From assembly GCA_963833225.1 (NCBI GenBank), contig CAWHXD010000003.1, positions 1 to 14,740 of the forward strand: DNA of 14,740 bases, read 5' to 3'. The notes under the pieces were generated by a model. The model saw nothing but the letters and a program-made list of their open reading frames with translations. It had not been told where the DNA came from and searched no databases. This document shows, piece after piece, positions 14,500 through 14,740 of this stretch. This DNA is from an uncultured Chloroflexia bacterium (GTDB lineage: Bacteria; Chloroflexota; Limnocylindria; Limnocylindrales; CSP1-4). How positions within the stretch are numbered: the stretch's first letter is position 1; the number at the start of each line of letters is the position of its first letter. The translations under genes and the position numbers were made by a program.

Positions 14500-14672
14500 C
14501 CGCGCCCGACCGGGGCGACCCGACGGATGAGTCGCGCCAGCCGGCGGAGAAGCCGCGGCGGACCGTCACGCCCGCCACGATGTTCGTCATCGTGCTGACC
14601 ATGGCCGTGGTCACGTTCGCGGCCGCGATCGCCCTCTGGATGTACTGGCTGGCGGGGGCGATCTTCAGCTAA
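14496..14672 (+). CDS. Small single-pass membrane protein, 58 aa (absent from the ORF track)
   Basis: GTG overlaps the tadG-like stop (GTGA). MTAPDRGDPTDESRQPAEKPRRTVTPATMFVIVLTMAVVTFAAAIALWMYWLAGAIFS*. Almost all codons end in G/C. The C-terminal hydrophobic helix is preceded by KPRR. Confidence 0.7.
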   Translation: MTAPDRGDPTDESRQPAEKPRRTVTPATMFVIVLTMAVVTFAAAIALWMYWLAGAIFS

Positions 14673-14673
14673 C

Positions 14674-14713
14674 GGGCGGTCGGCCGCTCCCGCCAGGGAA
14701 CGACCGGTCGCCC
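14674..14713 (+). terminator. Imperfect hairpin directly after the small membrane protein gene
   Basis: GGGCGGTCGG...TCCC-GCCA-GGGA...CCGGTCGCCC followed by CTTGT. Confidence 0.35.
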
Positions 14714-14740
14714 CTTGTCCTGGATGGCCCGGGCGCTTGC

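Noticed and set aside
14496-14672. Flp major pilin
   Set aside because: No Gly cleavage site or conserved Glu-Tyr. Kept as an unknown membrane protein.

Overview
Very GC-rich bacterial DNA. Gene style and near-leaderless promoters suggest Chloroflexota or Actinomycetota (inference only). Left to right: the 3' end of an unknown + strand gene; a ~148-nt rod-like hairpin; then a long minus-strand run. That run holds a stand-alone Lon N-domain protein (1-nt frameshift at its start), a collapsed membrane/EAL pseudogene, an A-type Fe-S carrier, a catabolic block (PcaF/PaaJ-type thiolase, enoyl-CoA hydratase, alpha/beta hydrolase, flavin reductase), a structured 348-bp spacer, and a three-gene unit: Gly-Asn repeat lipoprotein (frameshifted inside a 108-bp tandem repeat), OmpR-family regulator, and a sensor kinase with an atypical H-box. 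Divergent on the + strand is a translationally coupled tadE-tadE-tadG-like cassette plus an uncalled 58-aa membrane protein, with no Tad machinery in the window. The best candidate for an undescribed system is this divergent lipoprotein/two-component/minor-pilin module, which has a shared YTAKGG-N6-YTAKGG motif at two intergenic sites. No rRNA, tRNA, CRISPR array or transposase was recognised.
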